The notes under the pieces: model-generated
Databases searched by the model: none
What the model was told of the DNA's origin: nothing
What the model saw: the letters and a program-made list of their open reading frames with translations, nothing else
Part shown: positions 40,561 through 55,743 of the stretch, in pieces
How the letters are laid out: each line of letters starts with the position of its first letter
How positions within the stretch are numbered: the stretch's first letter is position 1
Made by a program: the position numbers and the translations under genes
Origin: Eledone cirrhosa
Lineage: Eukaryota
Length of the DNA stretch: 64,000 nt
Reading direction: 5' to 3'
Assembly (NCBI GenBank): GCA_964016885.1
Contig: OZ024741.1
Span: 399,280,001 to 399,344,000, forward strand

Positions 40561-41582
40561 TGAGTATATATACTGAAGATTTATAAGGGCCCACTTGAAT
40601 AAGTATCTGTTGATCTTATACAAGCTTCTACATAACTTGGTAAAATTTCACCCAACTTGTAGAAATCTTATAATGAAACGAGTCATCTGGGAAGTGATAT
40701 ATTTGATATATCTCATATGAAATAATACAGCCAATTATCCACACAATACAATATAGTTAGCACCCCAAACGATTAATTGGGAATATACTCAGGTATTTCC
40801 TAATGTTTGTTGAGTGAGTTGGAATTTGGCCGGAGTATCGCTTTTAGCTTTCTCCGATTATGTATTTATATATATATATATAAATATAATTCAAAATATA
40901 AGATATATGTATAGAGACAGAGCTATATATCGTTAGAGAAATAATTAGTATTTATAAATATATATAAAGCATGTAATATTTATGAACAAGTACATACTTT
41001 ACGGTATTATTACGGTTCTATGAAAATATGAAGCGGGACCTTAAGGAAAATAAGAATTTCTCCACTTTAAAGTATGTACATTTTCCTAAATATCACCTGC
41101 TTTATATATATGTACTACAGGCGGCGAATTGGCAGAGTCGTTGACGTCGGATACGATGCTTTACAGTATGCATCCCACCTCATTGCGCGCTCTGAGTTCA
41201 AATCCTGCCGTGATCAACTTTGCCTTTCACCTTTCGAGGTCGATAAAAAATGTACCAGTCTAGTAATGGAGTCGATTCTTCCTCTATAGAAAGAATCGGC
41301 TGTGTTCAAACCTGGAGAGGGTTGGGCTCTGTCAGGCTTAAAAGTGCCCTAGACACGCCGTATGACAGTGCCTCTACGACTCCACAAGGAGTTATGGGAT
41401 ATTTATCCTTTTTATAAATGTACTAAATGTTATGTTTCTCTAACGATATATGGATCCCTCTATATGTATACACATATCTTATAATTTGAATTATTGATAC
41501 TCTGGACAAACATCCACTGAGCTTTCCTACTGAGAAACATAATTATCATACATACATATGTTATGATATCTTAAATTAGTAG

Positions 41583-41629
<47 letters not shown>

Positions 41630-41712
41630 GGCACTATTTCTTGAGCCCATAAATTAAGTGTGACTTCCTGTTTGTAACTAGTAAGTAAATACATACACAC
41701 TAATATCATATA

Positions 41713-43033
<1,321 letters not shown>

Positions 43034-43104
43034 TAACTTATTCCGGGTTGAATCGGAGGTAACCACAGTAAGTAATGAAACAGTTCTAGTCATGTAGAAT
43101 CTCA

Positions 43105-43158
<54 letters not shown>

Positions 43159-43489
43159 GACACACATATATGTATGTATATGAAGGAAAAAACCACTGAT
43201 GATTTCGATAATGAGTGTTTCCAGATGTTTCATGAAATTACAGAGTAAGTGGCTGAGCTTTCCACCGTGTACACTTAACATAATTCTCACCAAAATATTC
43301 AGTGTGCCACATTATGTGTCATTAAAGGGCTCTTTAAATTATAGGGACAGTCCAGCTAACCTCCTCCCAGATTTCACTGGCAGGGTGCGGATTGTTTCAA
43401 GAGTTTGGTAAACAATACATACTGTAACCGGGGTTACGCTGTAGGATCGAAGTTGGGATCTAATGATTGGGTTCGATCCCAGTGCCTGG

Positions 43490-43610
<121 letters not shown>

Positions 43611-43876
43611 GAAAGTGAACATATATATATATATGTATATTTGTTTTGCAAGGTTTTTTTATATGAAATCGTGTGTCGAAACAAATATTGTTATAGTTGG
43701 GGAGGGCCATATTGTTGTAATAATATTGCCAGAAATAATAACAACACACTCACTGTTTGGTTGGTTTTCACTTCTGTATCTTTTATATCTCCATAGTTAA
43801 TTTATTTGGTCCTCAATGTTTATCATTGATTGACCAACGGTTAAAAATACAGATATAAATACATATATATATAGTC

Positions 43877-43920
43877 TAACAAAGTTCTTTCGTTGTACAT
43901 CTGCAACATCATCAGTGGTA
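43877..43920 (-). ncRNA. Minimal HHR (family H2) in a TA-flanked element 43640-43987 with an inverted terminal segment
   Basis: TACCA-CTGATGA-(T)GTTG..CAAC-GAAA-GAAC-TT-TGTTA; downstream sequence resembles 21100-21260. Confidence 0.75.
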
Positions 43921-43979
43921 CTATTATATTCACTCCTAATGTATTGTATGTCTACAACAATATAACCCTCCCCAAGTAT

Positions 43980-44053
<74 letters not shown>

Positions 44054-44259
44054 TGAAGTTTCCGTTGAAAATTGAAAAAGTCATAGGAGAGAAGAGTGCT
44101 CTATGTAAGTACCAGAGCAAAATTTAATGTATAATAAACAATACAATATAATTACCTCATTACCAGAGGTTTCCCGAATAAGACGAATACGAAAAACGTC
44201 CTCATTCGTTAATCGGACAAGGCAATTTAAAACAGTGAAATATTTTAAAAGTCTCTTCC

Positions 44260-45428
44260 GTAGTACATTGGTATAATAATATTAAAGATAAAAATAGTTC
44301 TAGATTCACCCAATTAGACATTGTAGATTTCTACCCGTCTATCACTCAAACACTTTTAGCGAAAGCCTTAAATTTCGCTAGAAAGTTTAGCAATATTTCT
44401 GATATTGAAGAGAATGTCATCTTGCATGCTAGAAACACTCTGCTCTTTACTGATAATGACACTTGGGTAAAAATATCTAACCCAGAGAACCCATTCGATG
44501 TCTCAATGGATTCTTTTGACAGTGCTGATGTTTTTGATTTAGTCGGCCTATTCCTCCTACACACACTTAAAGAAAAATTCCCTAACCATATTTTTGGGCT
44601 TTATCGCGACGATGGTCTAATACTTTCCCATACCACCATAGGCCATAACTCAGATAGATTAAGGAAAGACTTAATAAAAACCTTCGCTAGTTTTAATCTT
44701 AAAATTACTATTGACACTAACCTTCCCAATGTTAATTTTCTAGATATAAACATAGATCTGCCTACTACTTCTTATAAACCATACCATAAAACTAATAAAA
44801 ATTTAAAATATATAAATAAAGGCTCTTGCCATCTTCCTATGGTTTTTAAAAACCTTATCCCTAATATTAGCCGTAGGATCTCCACCCTCTCTTCCTCAGA
44901 AGCTATTTTCAATAAGGCATCCCCTACTATAATAAAGCCCTTCAAAATAGCGGATTTAGCGAAACGATTAAGTACATACACAACAATACTAACTCTTTTA
45001 AACATAATAATAGGAAAAGAAAAAAATAATCTGGTTCACCCCCCCCCCCCTACTAACAGTTAAAACTAATGTAGGCAAAACATTCCTAGAGCTCTTAGAT
45101 AAACATTTCCCTAGAACACATAGATACTATAAGATCTTCAATAGAAACTGTGTCAAAATTAACTACTCCTGCAGTCCCCCTATTAAATCTTATATCATCA
45201 ATAAGAAATCACCCAGAGAACATCAAAATTGCTCCTGTGGAGTCAAAAGTGAATGCCCATTACAAGGTAAATGCAACACCAAAATCATTGTATATGCGGC
45301 TAAAGTGACAACCATCAGCAACAACCTACCAGCCACCAGCGAACGATATGTGGGTATGACACAAGACAAATTCAAAACGCGTTATTACTCACATGTCGCA
45401 TCTTTTCGACATCCAGAAAAAAGATTCC
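44260..45428 (+). pseudogene. PLE RT/GIY-YIG remnant with frameshifts and a ~400-bp deletion at its end
   Basis: LDIVDFYPSI, YRDDGL, CSCGVKSECPLQGKC..IVY..YVG. Confidence 0.85.
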
Positions 45429-46548
45429 ATTAAGACCCTCCCCTACTTTTCGATTCACTTACCTAATATCTTCACATTCCACATTTTACTTCCCCATTTT
45501 CTTTCACTACCTGATAACACTTGTCACTTGCGTTTTCCACTCCAGATATATTCTGTTGTTTCGCAGCCGATTTCATATTTGTACTCATTTATTCATACGG
45601 CTGGTTTATAATCTGTATCTATGCGGGTGAGTGTGCATATGTGTGTATACGTTCTGTATATGTATACGAACGCCTCCGTATGTGTGCGTGCGTACGTATA
45701 TATATGTGTGTGTGTTTTTATATCTGTTTTTTTCTATCTTTTTTTTTACATACTTATTTATACGTGTGTGTGTATGCGGGTGAATGTATGTGTATGTATA
45801 TGTGTGTATATGTATACGTATGTATGGGTGTGTATGTATATATGTATATGTATGTATGGTCGCGTACGTACGTGTGATTAGATATACATGTGGCAATATA
45901 TATATATACGTGCCTCGTGTGTATATATGTACGCATGCATGCGCTTTTGTCTGTACGTATTTGTGTGTATAAATATTTATATATATATATATGTGTGTAC
46001 GTGCGTACCTATGTTTGTTTTCTTTTTTCTAGTGTTAATTGATTACTTTCTCTTTGATTTAAAATTTTTTTTCATTCTCATATATTGTTTCATTTTTATA
46101 TATATATCGAGAATGACACTTCTTTTTACTATTACACTCCCTTCCCTCTTTATCTTCCGCATATAAGTGACCGCGCGTGTGTGTGTGTGTGTTTATACGC
46201 GTGCTTTCATACTCGTATGTGTATTTAATACCTGTATCTGGATGCGTGTTAACTATATTATCTTACAATTTCCTTTTCAACTCATATTATATACGTATTT
46301 GTGGTCACATATACACAAATATACTTGCCCTCATATATGTACTTACGCACACATTTTCACCATACACATGCATTTGTACATACACACATATGTATATTTG
46401 AGAGTGTATATACATACATATACACATACCCTAACTATATTTCCTTATTTTTTTATATATCTCTTGCATTACTTTTATTTATATATTTTTTGCCCGTTAA
46501 ACTCTTGCCTTTCTTGAGGAGACTTTTCAAATATTTCACTATGTTTTA

Positions 46549-46626
46549 AATTGCCTTGTCCGATGAACGAATGAGGACGTTTTTCGTATTCGTCTTATTC
46601 GGGAAACCTCTGGTAATGAGGTAATT
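46549..46626 (+). ncRNA. PLE family 2 pLTR HHR with CCGATGA core
   Basis: AATTGCCTTGT-CCGATGA-long stem II-GAAA-CC(TCT)GG-TA-ATGAGGTAATT. Confidence 0.75.
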
Positions 46627-46663
46627 ATATTGTATTGTTTATTATACATTATATATATATATA

Positions 46664-47292
46664 TAACAACTAGAAATTGATTAACATATAAATAAACATA
46701 TGAAACAATCACAGGTGATAATTTTTACAAGAGTGTAAGCACACATAGCTAGGTAGGTAACTAAATAAAGTTAACTAGAACTTCAAAAATATTTACCTTA
46801 TAATATGATTAATCTTCCTGGTATATATTCCATTAAAGAAATATATTTCACCAATTAATCGATTGGTAAAAGACGGAGGCCGGTACTTGGATTCTCAACA
46901 AGGAAGAAGTCCAGCGATCTGTGTTTACGCATTAAGTTTAAATCAGCGACTGGCCAGTAACACGTGCTGTATACTAAAAATACACACATCGTACCAGCTT
47001 CGTCCCAGTGGCGTGAATAGGGTTATCGACAACTAGAAACAGCAGTCAAGTGCTTTCAACAGAGTTAGCTCTACAATTAAGGAGCCGTATTCATATATCT
47101 ATATCCAAAATTAAGATAAATCAAGATGAATTTAATCTAAATCAAAATTATGGGTGTCATGCCAGAAAGGCATGCGCCATATCACCCATAAAATAAGCTC
47201 TAAGATTCTAATGAATAGGTCCGAGCATTTTATAACAACTAGAAATGGATTAACATATAAATAAACATATGAAACAATTACAGGTGATAATA
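46664..47292. mobile_element. TA-adjacent element with ~60-bp terminal direct repeats (period 569)
   Basis: TAACAACTAGAAAT.GATTAACATATAAATAAACATATGAAACAAT.ACAGGTGATAAT at 46664 and 47233; no clean HHR seen. Confidence 0.7.
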
Positions 47293-47370
47293 TTTCTTTC
47301 CTGTTGCAGTAATTTTAATTTTAATTTTAATTTTGATTTAGATTAAATTCATCTTGATTTATCTTTATTT

Positions 47371-47421
<51 letters not shown>

Positions 47422-47464
47422 CAAAATATTAATAAATGAAGACGTTCACATAATCAAAATATAT

Positions 47465-47532
47465 GTTTTATTATATATATTTCGGAGGTACTGTGCTGTT
47501 TTTTCAGTACGTTCTCATCAGATAAAATACAT
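47465..47532 (-). ncRNA. Type I HHR (family H3) with TATATA stem III
   Basis: TTTTAT-CTGATGA-GA..GTACTG..CAGTAC..-GAAA-TATATA-TA-ATAAAA. Confidence 0.8.
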
Positions 47533-48091
47533 AACTTGATGTACGACATACCTCAACTGTCTTGATGGTTTAATTTCAGTGTTGGCACTGATTTATTACA
47601 ACAAAACTCTATGTTTATATACCACAAGAAGGAATAACATGACAAACTAAATATGATGAAGAGAGGGATGTGGAGCGAGATATAAGTATCAAGAGGGGGT
47701 GGGTATGAGAAAAATATAGAAGAAATAAATAAACACATAAGTACATAAATGTTAAAATATATAAATATTCATGTTAGAGAAGAAAGAGAAGAGAGAGAGT
47801 GCTAAATAGAAGGGAAGAGGGAAAGAAAAAAAGATGAAGATAAAAAGAAGGAGGGAGAGGGAGATAAAAGAGAGGATGGAATACATAACTGCAACAGGAA
47901 AGAAAGAAAGAATGAAAGAAGGGACATGATGCGTGACAGTTTTCAAATATATATCAGGTAGAAGCGACCAATTAAATACCGTTAAAGTTTTACTATATAT
48001 TGTATTTGGTTATGTTTGAGCGAAATTATACTAATATATTAAATCAAAATTAAACAATATAAAATATTTTCAATGATAATGTATATATATA

Positions 48092-48234
<143 letters not shown>

Positions 48235-48324
48235 TAAACGCATAATGCATACATATATATTTATATATATATATACATACGTTTATACATAAATACTTAC
48301 ATATACACAATGTATTCTGATTTA

Positions 48325-48524
48325 GGCACAAAGTGAGGCGAATAATTTTTGGGGAGGGGAAACTCGATTAAGTCGACCCAGTACATTACTGGCTGTTTAT
48401 TTTATCGACTCCATAAGGATGAGAGGCAAAGCTAACATCGACAGGATTTGAACTCAGAACGTAAAGGGCCATAACTCTATACCACAAAGTAGGTTGTTCG
48501 ATGCTCTACCGATACTGTCAATTC
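48325..48524 (-). mobile_element. Diverged Meta-like SINE
   Basis: Reverse complement of the consensus. Confidence 0.7.
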
Positions 48525-48526
48525 AA

Positions 48527-49187
48527 ACATACTTCATTCATACATACATACATGCGTACATACATACACACATACATACAAACACACACAGACACATACA
48601 CACATACACATACACACAGACACATACATACATACACACATACACTCATACATACACACACACATACATACACACATATACATGCATACATGCACAAACA
48701 TTCATACATACACTTACAAACATACATACATACACACATACATATATACGTACATACATACACACACATACATATATACATACACATACCCATACATACA
48801 TACATACACACATACACACACACATACAAACATACACGCATACACACACACACCCATACATACATACATAGATACATACATACACACATACACACACACA
48901 TACATACATACATACATACATACACACACATACACACACATGCACACATACATACATACATACACATATACACGCACGCATACACACATACACACACATA
49001 CATACATACACACATACATACATACATACATACATACACACACTCATACACATACATTCACACATACACACACACATACATCCAAACACATACACACATA
49101 CATACACACATACATACATACATACATACATACATACATACATACATACATACATACATACATACATACATACATACATACATACAT
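48527..49187. repeat. (ACAT/AC)n microsatellite
   Basis: Direct reading. Confidence 0.95.
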
Positions 49188-49526
49188 AAAGCCCTCATGG
49201 ACTGGTTATACAGCTGTCAATATTTGTCAGAGCAGTGAACATTCATACACAAAATGTCTACCAATTCTCGCCCATTCAACACAAATCTCACGTTTGCTAC
49301 TATCTTCCAACACAGTTTTTCTACCAGATATTTTACTGGCGAAACACATAAAAAGATTAATTTACAAGCAACAAACCAGTGACAGCCTGTTAGCGTGTCG
49401 TCATAGACGAGAAGACGGTAGAGCTTACCACCTTCCCAATCAATGTGACATCATACCGGATCTGACTGAAAGCAGACGACATACACTTTATATACACACA
49501 CATATATATGTGTGTATGTGTATAAA

Positions 49527-49558
<32 letters not shown>

Positions 49559-49561
49559 GTT

Positions 49562-49647
<86 letters not shown>

Positions 49648-49660
49648 ACCATGTCCATTA

Positions 49661-49701
49661 CGAGCTGAGGATCCGCTAAGAAGGTGAAACAATTATTCTC
49701 G
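49661..49701 (+). ncRNA. Minimal HHR (family H4)
   Basis: CGAG-CTGAGGA-TCC..GGT-GAAA-CAATTA-TT-CTCG; relatives at 58448 and 54639. Confidence 0.75.
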
Positions 49702-49730
49702 GTAAGGTGAACTAACTGTTGTGTTACCAC

Positions 49731-49809
<79 letters not shown>

Positions 49810-49812
<3 letters not shown>

Positions 49813-50001
49813 CGATGGAAATGTGGTAAGGAACCAGGTGGACCATAACGCACCAAAGTCCTCAATACTTAGGGTATTAGAGTGGGTAATAGGAACGAGT
49901 AGGACCCCGACGGCTGAGCTCAAGCCGTTTCGACTTCTAATTCAGAATTAGCCGTCGAAACGGCTTGAGCTCAGCCGTCGGGGTCCTACTCGTTCCTATT
50001 A
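49810..50001 (-). mobile_element. Family H1 fold-back element
   Basis: Tail plus hairpin, homologous to 12841-13059. Confidence 0.8.
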
Positions 50002-50011
50002 TATATATATA

Positions 50012-50790
50012 TTTTCGGCTGTGCGAAGGATTTTAAGCATTGTCTCTATGTGTTGGTATTTAAACGATAGTTATCGCTCTGGTTTTTCCAAACTATTGAG
50101 CCCTTTGCCATGCATTTCGAAGATTGTGTTTCGTTATTTCGTGGGCCGAGATTCCGATTCTCGATTATTTATTTGTATTTATCTCCAGTCTTTAGCTATT
50201 GACCAGTTAATTTTATTGATTTTTTAGTTAATCTTATTGACTGATGAATAGCTCTTGTTAATTTTAACCCGTCTGTTGAGAACTCTAATTCGATATGTGA
50301 TATTTTGTATTTTTACAAATTATACACTACTGAATTCATTCGCCTAATATAGGGGTTCCCTCCCTTGCTGGACCCCACGTGCGTTTAGTAACGGGTGCCT
50401 CTGTATTTTTGAACGAAATGCCTGCCGAGAAAGTGGTTTCCTCGTTCGTCTTTTTGCCAGAAGTCAGATATATTTTTTATGTAGGCTGACGGTAATTGAT
50501 TAAGGAACCGCAGAAACCCAAAAAGCTAGAATCTAACATCCTTCTAGCGGGTCCGGGTAAGATTTTTCATTCATTTAATTTATTAATTTATTAATTTATT
50601 ATTTGTATGACCCGAATTTTCCTGGTCGTTTTTTCGGCTGTGCGAATGATTTTAAGCATTGTCTCTATGTGTGGTATTTAAACGATAGTTATAGCTCTGG
50701 TTTTTCCAAACTATTGAACCCTTTGCCATGCATTTCGAAGATTGTGTTTCGTTATTTCGTGGGCCGAGATTCCGATTCTCGATTATTTAT
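50012..50790. mobile_element. TA-flanked element with ~160-bp terminal direct repeats (period 619)
   Basis: TTTTCGGCTGTGCGAA.GATTTTAAGC... at 50012 and 50631. Confidence 0.8.
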
Positions 50791-50796
50791 ATATAT

Positions 50797-50832
<36 letters not shown>

Positions 50833-50836
50833 GTTA

Positions 50837-50879
<43 letters not shown>

Positions 50880-50887
50880 AATATATA

Positions 50888-51007
<120 letters not shown>

Positions 51008-51699
51008 TGGCTTCTACAGGAATAGAATTGTTTCATTCGAAGGAAATCATCGGGAAAGCCCTGATCATTTCCCGTAGAATCCATTTCTATATTAAATATT
51101 TAAATATTTATACTCTGCTATGTATTGAGGTTACGCTCGATTGAACCCGGAATACACACACACGCACACGTGTGTGTGTGTACGTGTGTGCCCCAGCATG
51201 GCCACAGTCCAATGACTGAGGCTATTAAAGCAATTCAATACTATTAAAATAAGTCAACAAAGCCACTAAAATGCAAGGGATTACTGAGAAGGGAGAAGGA
51301 CAAAACAGAAAGAACATAATTCACGGTGAGAGAAGATGACGATTGACGTTGCTTTAAAATGTTTTTTAATCGTAGAGGCCAGGAAAGCGTGACGCTGGAA
51401 GATAATTCCATAGACACGGTCATTTAATTCCATGTCAGGCCTGAAAAAGTGATTAATCATCAACTATATTTCTAGAGGCATCTAGGTAATGACACTAGAT
51501 AATCTAACTTCACTTTTCCACCTTTTTTAATGACTTAGGTTTAGATGGATGAGGAAGAGTAGATTCCGGGACCCTTTTGCGTGTTGAAGTTAAAGTCAGG
51601 TCTAAGCCGAAGGCTCGACAAGTCGGTGTTTATCCCCAGTGTTTTTCCGGTATGTTCCCAGTGTTATCCCGGTGTTTTACTTTGTGTTAAGCGACTGAG

Positions 51700-51905
51700 A
51701 GAACAAGACTCTCCCTGGATATGACGCTAGTCTATCACAGGATTAACTCCCCAGTTACTGCTAGTACTCACTCTCGGCTGAGTATACTGGAACAACATGG
51801 AATAAAGTGTTTTGCTCAAGAACACGACGCAACACCCTGTCTAGGAATCGAACCAATGACATTATAATCGTAAGTTTAACATCCTAACCATTAGGCTATA
51901 CAGCT
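51700..51905 (-). mobile_element. Diverged CORE-like tRNA SINE with a different tail
   Basis: Minus strand: GGTTCGATTCC B box and TCTTGAGCAAAACACTTTATTCCATGTTGTTCCAGT. Confidence 0.65.
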
Positions 51906-52267
51906 TTACATGCCTCATTGGCTTATAGAAGTTAGCGAGGTAAATTAGAAACTGTCTCGCATGCTTGAAACAACAAAGAACCAGGTAACTATTATTTGAA
52001 ACAGATCACCTACCTCGTTGGTTCTTGTACAGGATATTGTTACTGTTATTATTTAATCGACTTACCCCTCCCCTAAAATTGTTGGCCTTGTTCCTAAATC
52101 AGAAACCGTTATTCAGCCCCAAATCCAACCGTATCAATGAAATCTATGACAGAAAGTATCCTATACTGTCTGTTTTAGGAGTATCTGGAATTAAAATTAC
52201 CTAATATTTTCTTCCTTCTGAAGGTTGTAGAGAGTGATTTCAGGTAAATTCTGTCGATATTTCTAGC

Positions 52268-52658
52268 TACCCTCAGGTCTCGAATAATCGCCCCTCCTAA
52301 CCCCCGCTTATTAATTTTTCAGGTTTTTCCAACCCCCACCTCTCGCTTATTAAATTTTGCTAATTTGTGTCCGGCGAAATTTCATTTTAAGTGATATTCC
52401 TGCGACAATTAATTTTCTGTAGACACCAAAAAAAACATTATACATAACAAAATGAGTACATTACAAGAAATCCAATACTTTATAAAATAAATAGAATGGG
52501 TTGGGTCCCAATGTGTAAATTAAACGACTAATTCTGGTTTTAAAAAATAATCAACGGAGATAACCTAGAAGAATTACCGATTTTTATACCCACCCCGCTT
52601 ATTCCAGCGCTGCCACTTATTACCCCCCCCCCCCTCTATTATTTGGGACCCAACAGCA
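52268..52658. mobile_element. MITE, second copy of 11208-11574
   Basis: Collinear similarity including termini. Confidence 0.75.
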
Positions 52659-53127
52659 GTCGAAGGACTATGTACAGTTTCTCTAGTTGACATATATAGG
52701 GGTTAGTGGAGACGGTACTAAGTCAGTAAGTCCTGAAGAACAGATATCACTTTAGTAACAACAAATGGAACAGTGTGTCCCTGCATGAAAGGGCGGTGTA
52801 ACATGTAGCGGCGAGGAATAGCTATATTTTAGTATACACATCTAAAATATATATTTACGTGATTGCTATACAGCTCCAGATGTATGAAATATATTCTAGT
52901 GTTGGGCGTATTTGAGCTCTGAATAACCTTAGCAGCTGTTTGGAGTTGAAGCATTTCCTGGCTCTGAAAATCACATTTTTTTAATACAGATATGTTCAAA
53001 CTGTGTAGTTATCGGAAACTGTAAACCCTAGTCCTATTGTTTAGATCCAGACTAACCCCCATTTATACGTTCCAGCCATGACTACTCCTTGTTTTCCTAG
53101 ATATATCATGAAGAACTACATTATCCA

Positions 53128-53590
53128 GGGCGGTGGATTGGCAGTATCGGTAGAGGGTCGGACGCCATGCTTTCCAGTATAGTTACGTCCCTTTACGATC
53201 TGAGTTCAAATCCCGCCGAGGTTGACTTTGCCTTTCATCCTTAAGGGGTCGATAAAATAAAGTACCAGTAATGCACTGGGTAATTGCTGGCCTTGTGCCT
53301 AAAGTAGAAAGAATTATTTAAACTGTACAGTATGATGAAAGATATATTTGGCTGCTATTTTTGACAGATCAACAGACAATATTATCTTGCAATACATCAA
53401 GGGCGGTGGTTTGGCAGAATCGGTAGAGCGTCAGACACCATGCTTTGCAGCATAGTTATGGTCCTTTACGTTCTGAGTCCAAATCCGCCGAGGTTAACTT
53501 TGCCTTTCATCCTTACGAGGTCGATGAAATAAAGTACCAACAATACACTGAGATAATTGCTGGCCCTGTGCCAACAGTAGAAACAATTAT
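53128..53590 (+). mobile_element. Two Meta-like SINEs (53128-53318, 53401-53590)
   Basis: Consensus match; the second is flanked by an ATTATCTTGCAATACATC direct repeat. Confidence 0.85.
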
Positions 53591-53794
53591 CTTGCAATAC
53601 ATCTACTATTTGGTGTGTGTAGAATTATTGCATCTGTATCCTGTTTATAAATAGAGAAGTAAGAACTAGAATACATTGTCTTGAGAAATTAATGTTTTAA
53701 TATCGTTGAATGAGGGAGGGTTGTGGAATTTCCACCATAAGTTCTTCTGGAGGTCACTATTTATGTGGGATGCAGACACACACATACACACACA

Positions 53795-53841
<47 letters not shown>

Positions 53842-54007
53842 CAAAAATATATATATTGAGTTAGAAACTCAAAATAGTCTCTTACAATTAAATAGTTGAA
53901 GGATAGAGATTTTTCCGAGCCGTATAATATTATAATTGAATATAAAAGATTTTAACACATATGTATATATATATATATCTGTGTTTAGTTCTCTTTTATA
54001 TTCATTC

Positions 54008-54056
<49 letters not shown>

Positions 54057-54286
54057 ATATATGATGGTTGCAAACTCTGCTAAGAGTATTGCAATCGCTT
54101 GTCAGATTATAGAGTTCGGTGCACTTTTAGGCTACAGCCAGCCACACGAACCTGTAACAGATCCTGACCAAGCATTGTCTGTGCTTTGAAGGTTTTTTAA
54201 GTGAGAAAAAGCCTTGCACTCGAACAATCCCTCTCGCTGAGCATCGAAAACACTACCTGAAAAGGAGAACTAGTTAACATCATCGG

Positions 54287-54376
<90 letters not shown>

Positions 54377-54742
54377 GCATGCATGATGGACTCTCCCGTC
54401 TCTTTGAATGTTTATATCGGGTATTACATTTTAGACCTGCCAAGGATTTGCAAGCAAGTTCACAGATTATGTGGACAATGCTGTTGGTATGTTTGGTAAT
54501 GCTTTTCTCCTACCCTCTTACTTCTTGTAATCCATGGATACAATTGGATTCACACGCACACACATATATATAGAGAGGTAGAACACAGGAAGGTAATATC
54601 CGTAGTGGTAGAGCACTCAGTCCATGGGACGAGTTTGGTAGAAGTAGTAACACAACAGTTAGTTCACCATACCGAGAACAATTGTTTTCAGTATGGTGAA
54701 CTAACTGTTGTGTTACCACTTCTCTCTCTCTCTCTCTCTCTC

Positions 54743-54784
<42 letters not shown>

Positions 54785-55743
54785 TAACAGATTAAAGTTT
54801 AAGCAAAGAATCGCTGCTTTCACCCTTCAATCTTTGGATTTTAGTCTTCAAATTTATTATTATTACTATATATATATATATAAGTTTCGTGAAATAGTCT
54901 TTAAGACTATATAGAGCATTTGTAGTTTTTCTAAATTGAAGGATGAGTATTTAAACTTTATTTTATTCTGAGTTAAGACTCTATTGGGTTTTTTCCCAGG
55001 ATTTCACAAAATCTGTGGATAAAATCTCTGTCTTGATTTTTTTTAACTGAGTTTGAATTATTTTCCCATATCTTACGTTAATTATTTTCTACTTTGACGT
55101 TATAGTCACTTATATATTATTAAATACTGTTGGCTTCTTGCTCACATTAATTTCTATATTTTCATATATATATATATCTGTGTGTGTTTGTACCCCAGTA
55201 CTTTTTTATCGACCACAAATAGATGAAAGGCAAAGTTGACCTTATTGGGATTTGAACTCAGGGACCAGTGAGCCGAAAGAAATGCCGCAAATCATTCTAT
55301 CTGACGTTCTAATGAGTCTGTCAATCCCCGCCTACTATTTGTCACTCCACTGCAACACTAAATAAAAATAAAATCTGATTTTAAAAATATATTATGAAAT
55401 AAGTAGGCGCCATTTATAATTTTAGCCTTTAAGTGTCACTAGAGAATACTGTGTATTTCCCATTATATAACTCTATTTCCCATTTAAAATAGAGTTATAT
55501 AATTGGTTTAGTAATTGTTAAGTTTAAAATAACATAATAGCGTTTCACTAGTTTTAAACCATTGGAAAATAATTTTTAAAAATATCCCCAACAAATAACA
55601 ACATTACTTTATTTCTGCTATAAAAAAAATATGTTTTAACCTCCTTTCATAAAAGAGCTCACTCATAAAGTAACTAGATTTAGCGAGGAGCGCCGTTAAT
55701 TCAAAGGAATTGTTGAGAACCGGTTGTCGATTCTCAGATGTCA

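Larger units (their letters stand above)
44049..46651 (+). mobile_element. 5'-truncated Naiad-type PLE (family 2) with inverted 5' pLTR
   Basis: 44049-44258 is the reverse complement of the 3' end seen at 58160-58372; RT and GIY-YIG remnants; TA-flanked. Confidence 0.9.

Noticed and set aside
43193-43256. CCA-CTGATGA...GAAA-TTAC..GTAA-G-TGG as an HHR
   Set aside because: Lacks the UH cleavage dinucleotide and a clear stem II; at most a decayed copy
53128-53220. tRNA genes at SINE heads
   Set aside because: A and B boxes are present but there is no full cloverleaf, and each continues into the SINE body
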